Of a DNA stretch of 64,000 nucleotides, positions 1 through 8,198 are shown piece after piece. How positions within the stretch are numbered: position 1 is the stretch's first letter; each line of letters begins with the position of its first letter. The notes under the pieces are model-generated. The model made no database searches, was not told the origin of the DNA, and was given only the letters and a program-made list of their open reading frames with translations. Source of the DNA: an uncultured virus (IMG/VR IMGVR_UViG_3300030116_001948) (Duplodnaviria > Heunggongvirae > Uroviricota > Caudoviricetes); the IMG/VR virus record IMGVR_UViG_3300030116_001948, positions 1 to 64,000 of that record; one strand, written 5' to 3'. Made by a program: the position numbers and the translations under genes.

Positions 1-178
1 TATTGCTTGTACTAGTTTCAATTCCAGTACCTGCTGCAATATTATCTGTTAATCCATCGGCAGATGTAATTTGTACGTCTGCACTACCATTATCAATTTT
101 TAATTGGTTATTGTCATAAAAAACTATTTTCTTATATACGTCTTTAATTTTGTTTGGTCCTGTTAAACTTCCACCCAT
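1..178 (-). CDS. Small virion/tail protein (partial; homolog of 44638-44895)
   Basis: Starts MGGSLTGPNKIKDVYKK at 178, overlapping the upstream stop (TAATG), and runs off the window start. Confidence 0.75.
   Translation of the reverse strand, partial: MGGSLTGPNKIKDVYKKIVFYDNNQLKIDNGSADVQITSADGLTDNIAAGTGIETSTSN
2..91 (+). repeat. 90-bp exact direct repeat, copy 1
   Basis: Identical to 44719-44808. Similarity continues with mismatches to about 474/45191, including a second identical block at about 150-221/44867-44938. Confidence 0.9.
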
Positions 179-474
179 TATGTTGTCACTCCTATATCAT
201 CATAAGTTGGTTCACTTACATTTGCTACATCACTATAAGTAGGATTAGCTACTGCACTAACATCACTAAAAGTATAAACACTTCTTGTAACATCAGTATA
301 AATACTGCTACTAGGGTCAGTTATATCTGTATAACTAGCATCAGTAGGTATTGAAATGTCTGTAAAATTACCATCTGTGTTATCATTAAAATGTTGTTCA
401 AGCTCATCAAACGATCTATTAATATCGCTAAATGCAGCTAAACCAAAGTTTCCTTTTTTCCAAGTATTAGCCAT
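178..474 (-). CDS. Acidic virion-region protein (homolog of 44895-45191)
   Basis: Conserved in both genomes; TAATG-coupled; quasi-repeats of Y(T/S)D(V/I). Confidence 0.75.
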   Translation of the reverse strand: MANTWKKGNFGLAAFSDINRSFDELEQHFNDNTDGNFTDISIPTDASYTDITDPSSSIYTDVTRSVYTFSDVSAVANPTYSDVANVSEPTYDDIGVTT

Positions 475-737
475 TATACAAACGTCTTTACGTTAATAGG
501 TTTTTTCCCTTTGCGTTTTTGAGTTCTTTCTGCTCTTCTTTTTCTATCAACAGCACTTTTAATTTGTTTTACTGTCATATTGTTTGCTGTAGCCAAAGGT
601 ACACATTTAGGTTTTCCACGTTTACTATTTCTAGCATCTTTTCTACCACAAGGAACCCAGCTACCATTTTTTTTAGGCTGACTTATATCTACCCACTTTT
701 CTTTATTAAACCACTTATCTAAACCACCCTTAGCCAT
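474..737 (-). CDS. Small Lys/Arg-rich phage protein
   Basis: 87 aa with GLDKWFxxEKWVDI...PCGR...PKCVP, a type common in aquatic phages; TAATG coupling. Confidence 0.7.
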   Translation of the reverse strand: MAKGGLDKWFNKEKWVDISQPKKNGSWVPCGRKDARNSKRGKPKCVPLATANNMTVKQIKSAVDRKRRAERTQKRKGKKPINVKTFV

Positions 738-889
738 TACTTGCCCTTTCTATATCTTCCACCTTTTTTCTTATAACATTGTACTAACCAACCATTAGCA
801 TATGCAGATGGATATACTTTAAACTTTTTTTTAGCTTGTGATTTACAAGCAGCATACAAAGCTTTATCTATTGGAATGTTTTTAGCCAT
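737..889 (-). CDS. Small basic protein, 50 aa (not in ORF track)
   Basis: MAKNIPIDKALYAACKSQAKKKFKVYPSAYANGWLVQCYKKKGGRYRKGK; its stop overlaps the next ATG. Confidence 0.7.
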   Translation of the reverse strand: MAKNIPIDKALYAACKSQAKKKFKVYPSAYANGWLVQCYKKKGGRYRKGK

Positions 890-890
890 C

Positions 891-989
891 TTACTTCTTC
901 TTCTTTTTCTTGTTTAATATTGCTTGTTGTAAAAACTTAGGTAATGTTTTTTGTTTTTTAGTTAAACCAACTTTCTTTTTTTTAGGCAT
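891..989 (-). CDS. Small Lys-rich protein, 32 aa (not in ORF track)
   Basis: MPKKKKVGLTKKQKTLPKFLQQAILNKKKKKK; GGAGG upstream; TAATG coupling. Confidence 0.6.
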   Translation of the reverse strand: MPKKKKVGLTKKQKTLPKFLQQAILNKKKKKK

Positions 990-1138
990 TATTTACCTCC
1001 ATGCGTTTTCATTATAGGTAAGTTTATTGTCAATGAAGCTCCTTTATGTGGTTTATATCCACCTTTAGGGTTTTTCATTAAAGACATTTTATTACCCTTT
1101 TTCATAAAATGATATCCTTTTGGTGCTTTGACTTTCAT
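989..1138 (-). CDS. Small basic protein, 49 aa (not in ORF track)
   Basis: MKVKAPKGYHFMKKGNKMSLMKNPKGGYKPHKGASL...; ATGA overlap with the upstream ORF. Confidence 0.6.
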   Translation of the reverse strand: MKVKAPKGYHFMKKGNKMSLMKNPKGGYKPHKGASLTINLPIMKTHGGK

Positions 1139-1185
1139 TTTTTCTTACCTTTTTTCTTTTTCTTTTTACCTTTATGATACGGCAT
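1135..1185 (-). CDS. 16-aa poly-Lys peptide
   Basis: MPYHKGKKKKKKGKKK with a strong AGGAGG SD; fills the gap between neighbouring ORFs. Confidence 0.5.
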   Translation of the reverse strand: MPYHKGKKKKKKGKKK

Positions 1186-1194
1186 GTTATCCTC

Positions 1195-1491
1195 CTACCA
1201 TTTAACTTTGTTAGCCCAGTATGCTGCAGAACATACACCTTTGGCTATATTTTTTCTATGTCTTGCTTTAAAACTTTTTCTTTTCATTTTCATAGCTCTA
1301 GATTCACCAGCTTTAGGTTTACCTGCAGTCTTTGCACCTTGTTGTCCAAATCTAATAACTTTACCATTAGGACACCCAGCACCCTTTGCAACCACTACAT
1401 GTGATTTAGTTGGATGATTAGGTGTACGTTTTGGTTTATTATAACCTGAAACTCCTACTCTTTTAAGTCTTGAATCTACTTTTTTAGCCAT
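1195..1491 (-). CDS. Basic phage protein
   Basis: 98 aa with YNKPKRTPNHPTKSHVVVAK...IRFGQQG...SFKARH...AAYWANKVKW; GGAG SD. Confidence 0.75.
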   Translation of the reverse strand: MAKKVDSRLKRVGVSGYNKPKRTPNHPTKSHVVVAKGAGCPNGKVIRFGQQGAKTAGKPKAGESRAMKMKRKSFKARHRKNIAKGVCSAAYWANKVKW

Positions 1492-1499
1492 AAATACTC

Positions 1500-1910
1500 C
1501 TAATAACTTGTTGGTTTTACACTTCTCATACCAGATACTCTACCTCTATTAGCAAATGTTTTACCCTCTTTGATGCCTTTTTCAAACTTTGCATTAAAGT
1601 ATGGTGCCATTTGTATCATATCTGGTTTAGTTTCATAACCAAGCGATATAGCTTTATCAACTAAATATTGATGAAACTGACCTGGTAATTCACTTTGTTC
1701 TGTCATTGCAGAGCTACCGCTATCTAATGTATTAAAATGATCTGCTTTCTTATGATAAAATAATGTAATTGTAAACGCTGCATCAACAGATGTAAATCTA
1801 TTTTTTTCACTTCTAAGCGGGTCATATAAAGCAATACCTATTGAATCACGTTCAAACCAATAGACATACTGCTTTGTAGTTCTTGTATATACTTTACTGT
1901 AATTTGGCAT
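1500..1910 (-). CDS. Head-tail adaptor-like protein, C-terminal-half type
   Basis: SELPGQFHQYLVDKA resembles the LP..FH.xLV..A motif of podovirus adaptors; homolog at 45191-45619. Confidence 0.6.
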   Translation of the reverse strand: MPNYSKVYTRTTKQYVYWFERDSIGIALYDPLRSEKNRFTSVDAAFTITLFYHKKADHFNTLDSGSSAMTEQSELPGQFHQYLVDKAISLGYETKPDMIQMAPYFNAKFEKGIKEGKTFANRGRVSGMRSVKPTSY

Positions 1911-2188
1911 TATGTTATATCCCTATATTCTGGTCTACCTAATAATCTTTTAATTTCTTTTACATTTCCATCAGCATCTTCTAAGTCAACTGATTTAACT
2001 TCTAATATTGAATCTTTCAATCCATAAAATCTTTGGTCAGCTACTGTATTAAATTGTGTAGCTTCATCTAATATCAAAGTTCTAGAACAAAACTCGTCTG
2101 ATGCTTGATTTAATAAATGTATTATTTCATTAGTACCGAGTTCTGGATGATGTTTTTTAATCTGATCAATCATCTGCTGAAGCTTCAT
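1910..2188 (-). CDS. Head-tail adaptor-like protein, N-terminal-half type
   Basis: EIIHLLNQASDEFC...TVADQRFYGL resembles an adaptor N-terminus; homolog at 45619-45897. Confidence 0.6.
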   Translation of the reverse strand: MKLQQMIDQIKKHHPELGTNEIIHLLNQASDEFCSRTLILDEATQFNTVADQRFYGLKDSILEVKSVDLEDADGNVKEIKRLLGRPEYRDIT

Positions 2189-3020
2189 CTTGTACTCCTT
2201 GTGGTATTCGTGGTATATATTGTTGTATAAATGTAATTAAATCTTGCGTCACTTTTACATACTGACTTTCATACCACTGATATTGTTGTGTGTCAGCTTG
2301 TAAATCTACCTGGTAGTTTTGTAAATATGTTGATATTTGTTGCATCATAATTGTTGCTAATTCTGGATCTTCATCTGCTATAAAATCCATAGAAATATCA
2401 AAGTATTTATCATAATCTCTTTTATCAGCATCTGTACCAATAGCACCTGCTGCCATATCTGCTGTTAAATCTGTACCAGATGAAACATTAGGCTTACGTA
2501 TTTGATTCATTATATATCTTAATAATTCTCTAGAAGCATATAATATAACACCTCTTTCTAGTTCATCTGGAAAATTGCTTATAGATGTATCTCCTAAAGC
2601 TACTGATGTATCTGGTGTTATATGTTTTACTAAAGCACTTTGTCCATTAGCAGGTGTTGGTATTACATTTAATGTATCATTTTCTATATAAAACTTAGGG
2701 TCTAATTTACTTGTGTAATAAATACTATTAGTATCTGTATAATCTCCAGCATCCTCTGGTCTTATTTGAATAGCTTTTCTATCACGTGAGCCATCATTTC
2801 TAGTAACACTTATAATTTGCAATACTGATGCAGTGCTCATGGTTGTAGGTGAACTATTTAAAGTTGTAGAGCTTGTCATTCTATAAGCCATGCTTGGTAA
2901 AAGCATTAGACTTTTTGTTACAAATTTTACACCCTCTACTAAATATAATGTAGCTTGTGCTGTGTAATCAGGACTATCTATATCACCAACTATTGCTTCT
3001 ATCTCTGTTTTAAAACTCAT
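2166..3020 (-). CDS. Putative head-tail adaptor / tail tubular protein A
   Basis: 284 aa downstream of the capsid gene; FYIENDTLNVIPTP...FPDELERGVILYA; homolog at 45875-46729. Confidence 0.6.
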   Translation of the reverse strand: MSFKTEIEAIVGDIDSPDYTAQATLYLVEGVKFVTKSLMLLPSMAYRMTSSTTLNSSPTTMSTASVLQIISVTRNDGSRDRKAIQIRPEDAGDYTDTNSIYYTSKLDPKFYIENDTLNVIPTPANGQSALVKHITPDTSVALGDTSISNFPDELERGVILYASRELLRYIMNQIRKPNVSSGTDLTADMAAGAIGTDADKRDYDKYFDISMDFIADEDPELATIMMQQISTYLQNYQVDLQADTQQYQWYESQYVKVTQDLITFIQQYIPRIPQGVQDEASADD

Positions 3021-3298
3021 TGTTCAACCCCTATTTTCTTTAAAAAGTCCGATAACTTGCTACCATCCATTCTTATATCTTCTCCAGCTTCCATTTTTTT
3101 AGCTCTTCTCATTTTTCTTGCTTCTAATCCTTTTTTTACTCTTTTATATTGTGCAAGTTTTTTTGCAGCTTGAACACCAGTTACTACTTTACCACCTGGT
3201 AAAACCAATCTAACTAAAACTGGTAATCCATACTTACCTATCTTATAAGTTGTTTCTAAGCCTTTTTTAAAATTTCTTCTGGTTCTATTCCCAATCAT
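3017..3298 (-). CDS. Basic hypothetical protein (start revised to MIGNRT)
   Basis: AGGAG precedes the ATG at 3298; the longer track start overlaps the capsid gene. Confidence 0.6.
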   Translation of the reverse strand: MIGNRTRRNFKKGLETTYKIGKYGLPVLVRLVLPGGKVVTGVQAAKKLAQYKRVKKGLEARKMRRAKKMEAGEDIRMDGSKLSDFLKKIGVEQ

Positions 3299-3310
3299 AT
3301 TTCTCCTTAG

Positions 3311-3340
3311 TATGGGGGAGTATATTTCAACTCCCCCGTA
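3311..3340 (-). terminator. Hairpin after the major capsid gene
   Basis: Minus strand GGGGGAGT-TGAAATAT-ACTCCCCC; no U tract. Confidence 0.6.
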
Positions 3341-3344
3341 TGTA

Positions 3345-4772
3345 TTAACTAAACTGTAACACTGTGTGTGTTTCAGGAAGTTGAATTTCAAGACCTGCTT
3401 CTGTAAGAATCATGTCTTTTCTTCCGTCAACGTCACGGTTTTGAACATTAGTAATAATTTGAGTATCTCTTGATACACCATTACCAACTAATGGTCTGTA
3501 TGATACGTTGTTTAGATCAATCATAATTGCAGTATTTTCATACGCACCTCTGAATAATGGTTCCATTACAAGGTTTAAGTTACCATATAAAGTTGATATT
3601 CTAGTAACTAAGTGACCGAACTCACCTTGTATGTTTTGAATATCTAAACCACTACCAACTTGACTGTTCAATGCCATAGTGTTACCTAGGAATGAAGTAC
3701 CGCCAAGTTTGTTGAAGTATGACATAACTTTTCTAGAAGCTAGAACAAGTTTCTCTCCGCTGTTTCCAGACTCTGGTGAGAATACATCTTCCATTGCATC
3801 TACAAAAGTGTCGTAAGAAGCGTCAGCATAAGTAAATGTTTTTACTTTTCCGTATGCTTCTGTGTAAGGTAAAATACCCCAAGTTCTACGAACTGGTCCT
3901 GAAGCTGTTGAGTCATCTGAACCAATACCGAATAACATAGCGTGCTCAAGGTCCATCTTATGTTCCATAAGTTTTTCTTGATATACTCTCATGTATTCGT
4001 TGTTAACTCCACGATAACGTGTAGCTAGAGCTGTACCAGAGAATAGAGGTACTGAAGTCTTAAAGATTTGACAGTATCCTTCTCTGTTGTAGAACTCATC
4101 ATGCCATGATTCTGGATCAGTAGAACCTTCAGCAAAAGCTGAACCTACTACTTGTCCATCTCCATCAGCTCTAAAAATTAATTTAGAACCAGAAGCTGGT
4201 GAAATAGGTCCTGCGTTTGTTGCAGTAGCTCCATTAGAACCAGTTGGCTTGTAGTTTACTTTAATAAATTCCATCACAAGTCTTGCAGCAGCAGCGTCTG
4301 ATGATAAATCAGGTGCAGCTGTAATCTTGTAATAAGCTATCGCAGCAGTTTCTGCTCCTACTCCAGCATCAGAACCGTTAGCATCGTATTCACATTCGAT
4401 AGCTACGATTTGATTCTCAAGTAAGAAGTTTGGTTGAACTGCTGTTGATACCTCTCTACCAAATTTGTCATATAAAACATCTACATCAAAATTTTGGTTT
4501 GCCGCAATATTAAATCCAGTACTATAAGCACTTGTAGTTACAGCTGCTTGTAGTTGGAAATTACGTCTTTGATATTGATGTCTTTGCTCTAAGAATTTAA
4601 ATACAGGGTCGTCTGTAGGCACCTTAGATACGTTTGACAAATATGTGAAGAAAGGTGATTGTTGAGGAGCTAACTCAGCTACTCTTTCACCAAAGTTGAA
4701 GATTCGTCTATCAACATTGATGGAAGTACCCTGAATTGCTTCTCCTGGTGTCATGCTATATACATTTGCCAT
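3345..4772 (-). CDS. Major capsid protein
   Basis: 475 aa after portal and scaffold; YCQIFKT, EHKMDLEHAMLFG and ILTEAGLEI motifs suggest an HK97 fold (SU10-like); very conserved with 47492-48919. Confidence 0.9.
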   Translation of the reverse strand: MANVYSMTPGEAIQGTSINVDRRIFNFGERVAELAPQQSPFFTYLSNVSKVPTDDPVFKFLEQRHQYQRRNFQLQAAVTTSAYSTGFNIAANQNFDVDVLYDKFGREVSTAVQPNFLLENQIVAIECEYDANGSDAGVGAETAAIAYYKITAAPDLSSDAAAARLVMEFIKVNYKPTGSNGATATNAGPISPASGSKLIFRADGDGQVVGSAFAEGSTDPESWHDEFYNREGYCQIFKTSVPLFSGTALATRYRGVNNEYMRVYQEKLMEHKMDLEHAMLFGIGSDDSTASGPVRRTWGILPYTEAYGKVKTFTYADASYDTFVDAMEDVFSPESGNSGEKLVLASRKVMSYFNKLGGTSFLGNTMALNSQVGSGLDIQNIQGEFGHLVTRISTLYGNLNLVMEPLFRGAYENTAIMIDLNNVSYRPLVGNGVSRDTQIITNVQNRDVDGRKDMILTEAGLEIQLPETHTVLQFS

Positions 4773-4789
4773 CTTAATCTCTCCTTAAA

Positions 4790-5683
4790 TTAACTAAATG
4801 GATTCTTCTTTTTATAGTTACCTATCATAGAATCCATCATTTGATCTTCCACACTTTTTGATGACTGCACATTAGCACCTGGTTGCACACCTATTGGCGT
4901 AGGTATACTCAGTTTCTCTTGTCTTTGATTCATAAGAGCTTGTTTCTGTTGAGCCTCTGGAGTTACTTGCTGTAAAGCAGGTGCCTCTTGACTAGGTTGT
5001 AAACTCATCTTATGTAATCTTACTAGATTATCTAAAGACAATGAATCTGGACTGCTCATTCTTTGTATAAAATCATTAGCTTCTTGCGGTGAGTAGTTAT
5101 ACTGAGACTGTAAATCTGAAATTACTTTCTGATTACGTTGAAACTGAGCTTGTTCAGCTTGTTGTCTTTGTATTTCTTGACTACGTCTTGCATCCACTTC
5201 TGTCATATAGTTAGCTAAGCTGTCTATATACTGCTCCTGTTTTGATAGGTATTTACCTGAATCGCTATCAGGGTCAGCCAGTGCTTCAGAATGATCATAG
5301 TTAGCAGGCTTGCGAGGTTTAACAGGCTTCTCTAAAGAAGGTATTTCCTCTTTTGCTGGTTCTGCAGGTGTAGATGCTTGAGCTTTCATAAGCTCTGTAA
5401 CTTGTGATTTCAGTAAATCTACTTCAGCTGCACGTTTATCTGCTTGACTTTGCCAGTATTTATAACTGTCAGAATCATTCTTTGGACTATTATCACTTTG
5501 AACTTCAGAAGGTTGACCTTCATTGACTATCTCTGGTTCTGGCTCAGTCTTTGCAACAAACTGGTCAGTATTTGATCCACCAAAAACTTCAGCAAAAATG
5601 TCTTCTTGAGAGGTAGGTTCAGTTGCAGTCTGACTTTCTACCTGTTGTTCTTGCGTAATATCCATGTTATTTTCTTCTTGCAT
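4790..5683 (-). CDS. Capsid scaffolding protein
   Basis: Acidic/Gln-rich coiled coil with YWQSQADK, between portal and capsid genes. Confidence 0.75.
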   Translation of the reverse strand: MQEENNMDITQEQQVESQTATEPTSQEDIFAEVFGGSNTDQFVAKTEPEPEIVNEGQPSEVQSDNSPKNDSDSYKYWQSQADKRAAEVDLLKSQVTELMKAQASTPAEPAKEEIPSLEKPVKPRKPANYDHSEALADPDSDSGKYLSKQEQYIDSLANYMTEVDARRSQEIQRQQAEQAQFQRNQKVISDLQSQYNYSPQEANDFIQRMSSPDSLSLDNLVRLHKMSLQPSQEAPALQQVTPEAQQKQALMNQRQEKLSIPTPIGVQPGANVQSSKSVEDQMMDSMIGNYKKKNPFS

Positions 5684-5692
5684 ATTTTCTCC

Positions 5693-8053
5693 TTACTCTA
5701 ACTCTCCATCTCCTGGTTCAGAAACCATTGGTGTAATATCAAACATATTCTCATTTTCCAAAGCTTCTACTTGTTCAGGTGTAACGGAGTTCATCAGATT
5801 TGATTTTGCATCGTTAAGTCTAGCTTTATATAAGCTAGCTGCCATATCAGCCCTATTAGATATCTTATCTAAATCTGAGCTAAATTTCTCAACTTCTAAA
5901 CGTTTCTTAGCATGTACTTCTTCACGTTCAGCAGTTTGTAAGTCTCCTTTGACTTTCTTTAATTCTTCTTGTAACATTTGTAATGTTTGTGCCATTTGTT
6001 GCATTTGACCAGCACGTTCCATAACTCCTTCTATATCTACAAGTTCTGTTTTCTTTAATACTTCTGTCTGGTCTATAAGCCCCATTTGATACATTTGCAT
6101 ATATGTATTTAATAATGCCATTCTATTTGATGGTAATGTAGAACCTGATACAACTGATAGGTCATATCTACCAGCTCCAATATCATGAAACCTTTGTACA
6201 GTTCCATCTTCCATCTCTTTATAAAAGTTTATTTGCTCTTCTTTTTCTAAACCGTTTGGTTGTACCAATCTAATTACTTTTTCTTCTGTATATATTTGCT
6301 GTATTAATGGTATTGCAACTTTACCAACCTGGTTTAGAAAGTTTTCTATATCATCTCTTCTAGATTTAATTCTACGCTGGCCAAACTCATCAACAACTAA
6401 TGTACCACGATAAGTTGACGGTGCACTTCTACCACTACCCTGCATCATTTCAAAAATACCAAAGCCGTATTCTAAATCATATTTAGCATCAGCTTCATTT
6501 TTATACAGTTCGTTTGGTAGTGGGACTGGGCCAGCTACAATCGGTGCACCCAGTTCAGCATCAAATTCAATTACACTAGTACCAGCTTTACTCCATTCTT
6601 CTTCAATCTGTCTTAAATCAGCAGACCCTCTAGGAATAAGTAGCTTTACATTAGTACTTGTACTTGCATGTGCTATAATTAATGAACGTATCTTGTTGAT
6701 ATACTCTTGCAAAGGTCTGTATAGCCTTACATCACTTTCTGGATATGGATTACGATGATGTACGTTCATCAATGGAACTATAGGATAATCTTCTGTTGGT
6801 AGCATTCTTTTATATAATAAATGATCTCCAACAGTTACAACCATTTCTATACAAGGTTTTTGAACCTCGTTACATGTAATTTCCCCTGTACCTTTCATTT
6901 CTTCTAAAGACAATGGTATTAAAACTACAGTACTACCTGGTATATGTTTACCACTTTTACTATCTGTTTCCATTCCTGGAACTCTAACAGGTGGCATTGG
7001 TACAGGATTTCCAGCATCATCCATTTGAGGTTCTGGCATTTCATAATGAAATACTCCACCTGTTTCCATAATTAAATCAACTAAATTAGAAACAGCCTCA
7101 TCTTCATATACTACTATTTCTTCACCTGTCATCTTTCTTATCTTAATATAACTTTTAGAAAGATATTGATAAAACTCTTCTTTAGTAAATAAAAATTCTC
7201 TTTGAGAAAATGGTTCATATACATTATAGTAAAAATTAGTTACTCTAGAATAACGTTCTGTATATTTTCTTTTATTATGTATTTGAGTATCATCATCTCC
7301 AAAAAACATTTGACCTTCTGTTGCAGCTAAATTAGTAACAGGATAATCATCTTCATTGTCTGGCTCAGGACTTGACTGTTCAATTATGTCCATATAGTCA
7401 GGATACACTAACTCAGCATACTCGTCTGTCATATACTTACATACTAAAATATGTGCAGCATCTCTAGCATATACATCTTTTGAGTTCGGATCTATAAAAA
7501 CATCTAACGGATTAATAGATTTTATACATACTTCTCCTTTACCTAAGTCTGCTTGTGGGTCTTGGTATACTTGCATTACACCCATACCACCAACATAATA
7601 GTCATCTATAATCTTTTTTAATTCTTCATCCCCTGCTGATGATTGCCATATATACTGAAATAAATCAGAAAAAACTCTTGCTGTTGCTCTATCAGAATCT
7701 TCTCTAGCTGTTGCTCTAAATTGTGGAGAATTGTATGTAAGTAACGATTTTGCTGTTTCAACGATAGGATGTATACGATTTACTACGATTGGTGCTTGAC
7801 CACGAGACTCTAATACTTCTTGCTCTTCATTAGTCCACTGAGCTCCAGCTCTAAATTCTATTGACTCTTGAAACTTTTGAGCCCAAAGCTCTCTTGAGCT
7901 TTTGTATTCTGTAAATAATTCTCTAGTAAGTTCTACTTCTTCTGGTATAGTATAAGAAGATATTGTACCTTCCTCAAAGCCGAAAACAGTTTTATTGTCT
8001 TTTTTGCTTTGAGTTCTTGTTGCTGCTGTTTTCTTTTGAATCGTTTTTGGCAC
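5693..8053 (-). CDS. Portal protein (P22-like)
   Basis: 786 aa with FRAGAQW...RGQAPIVVNRIHP; C-terminal coiled coil; follows terL; GTG start. Confidence 0.9.
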   Translation of the reverse strand: MPKTIQKKTAATRTQSKKDNKTVFGFEEGTISSYTIPEEVELTRELFTEYKSSRELWAQKFQESIEFRAGAQWTNEEQEVLESRGQAPIVVNRIHPIVETAKSLLTYNSPQFRATAREDSDRATARVFSDLFQYIWQSSAGDEELKKIIDDYYVGGMGVMQVYQDPQADLGKGEVCIKSINPLDVFIDPNSKDVYARDAAHILVCKYMTDEYAELVYPDYMDIIEQSSPEPDNEDDYPVTNLAATEGQMFFGDDDTQIHNKRKYTERYSRVTNFYYNVYEPFSQREFLFTKEEFYQYLSKSYIKIRKMTGEEIVVYEDEAVSNLVDLIMETGGVFHYEMPEPQMDDAGNPVPMPPVRVPGMETDSKSGKHIPGSTVVLIPLSLEEMKGTGEITCNEVQKPCIEMVVTVGDHLLYKRMLPTEDYPIVPLMNVHHRNPYPESDVRLYRPLQEYINKIRSLIIAHASTSTNVKLLIPRGSADLRQIEEEWSKAGTSVIEFDAELGAPIVAGPVPLPNELYKNEADAKYDLEYGFGIFEMMQGSGRSAPSTYRGTLVVDEFGQRRIKSRRDDIENFLNQVGKVAIPLIQQIYTEEKVIRLVQPNGLEKEEQINFYKEMEDGTVQRFHDIGAGRYDLSVVSGSTLPSNRMALLNTYMQMYQMGLIDQTEVLKKTELVDIEGVMERAGQMQQMAQTLQMLQEELKKVKGDLQTAEREEVHAKKRLEVEKFSSDLDKISNRADMAASLYKARLNDAKSNLMNSVTPEQVEALENENMFDITPMVSEPGDGELE

Positions 8054-8147
8054 GCTTTACCTCTATGTATCCCTTTGGTATTTTGATTTGCAAATCAGAT
8101 AGAATAGCTTCCAAATCTATACTATATTTATCTTTATCGTAATCCAT
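7992..8147 (-). CDS. Conserved 51-aa protein overlapping the portal start (not in ORF track)
   Basis: MDYDKDKYSIDLEAILSDLQIKIPKGYIEV...; a 51-aa counterpart with IPKGY lies at 52114-52269. Confidence 0.55.
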   Translation of the reverse strand: MDYDKDKYSIDLEAILSDLQIKIPKGYIEVKRAKNDSKENSSNKNSKQKRQ

Positions 8148-8161
8148 TAAAGTTTATCTGT

Positions 8162-8191
8162 AATTTAAATACTTTTTTACTTGCTTGTCAA
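8162..8191 (-). promoter_or_regulatory. Sigma70-like promoter upstream of the portal operon
   Basis: TTGACA-18-TAAATT; counterpart TTGACT-18-TAAGTT at 52278-52307. Confidence 0.55.
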
Positions 8192-8198
8192 GTCTTTT

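Noticed and set aside
1..474. Direct terminal repeat of a single phage
   Set aside because: The copy at 44718-45191 has many synonymous-type differences and continues into a different genome, so this is homology between two phages and not a DTR.
3017..3391. ORF-track start at 3391
   Set aside because: It overlaps the capsid gene and its hairpin; the SD supports 3298.
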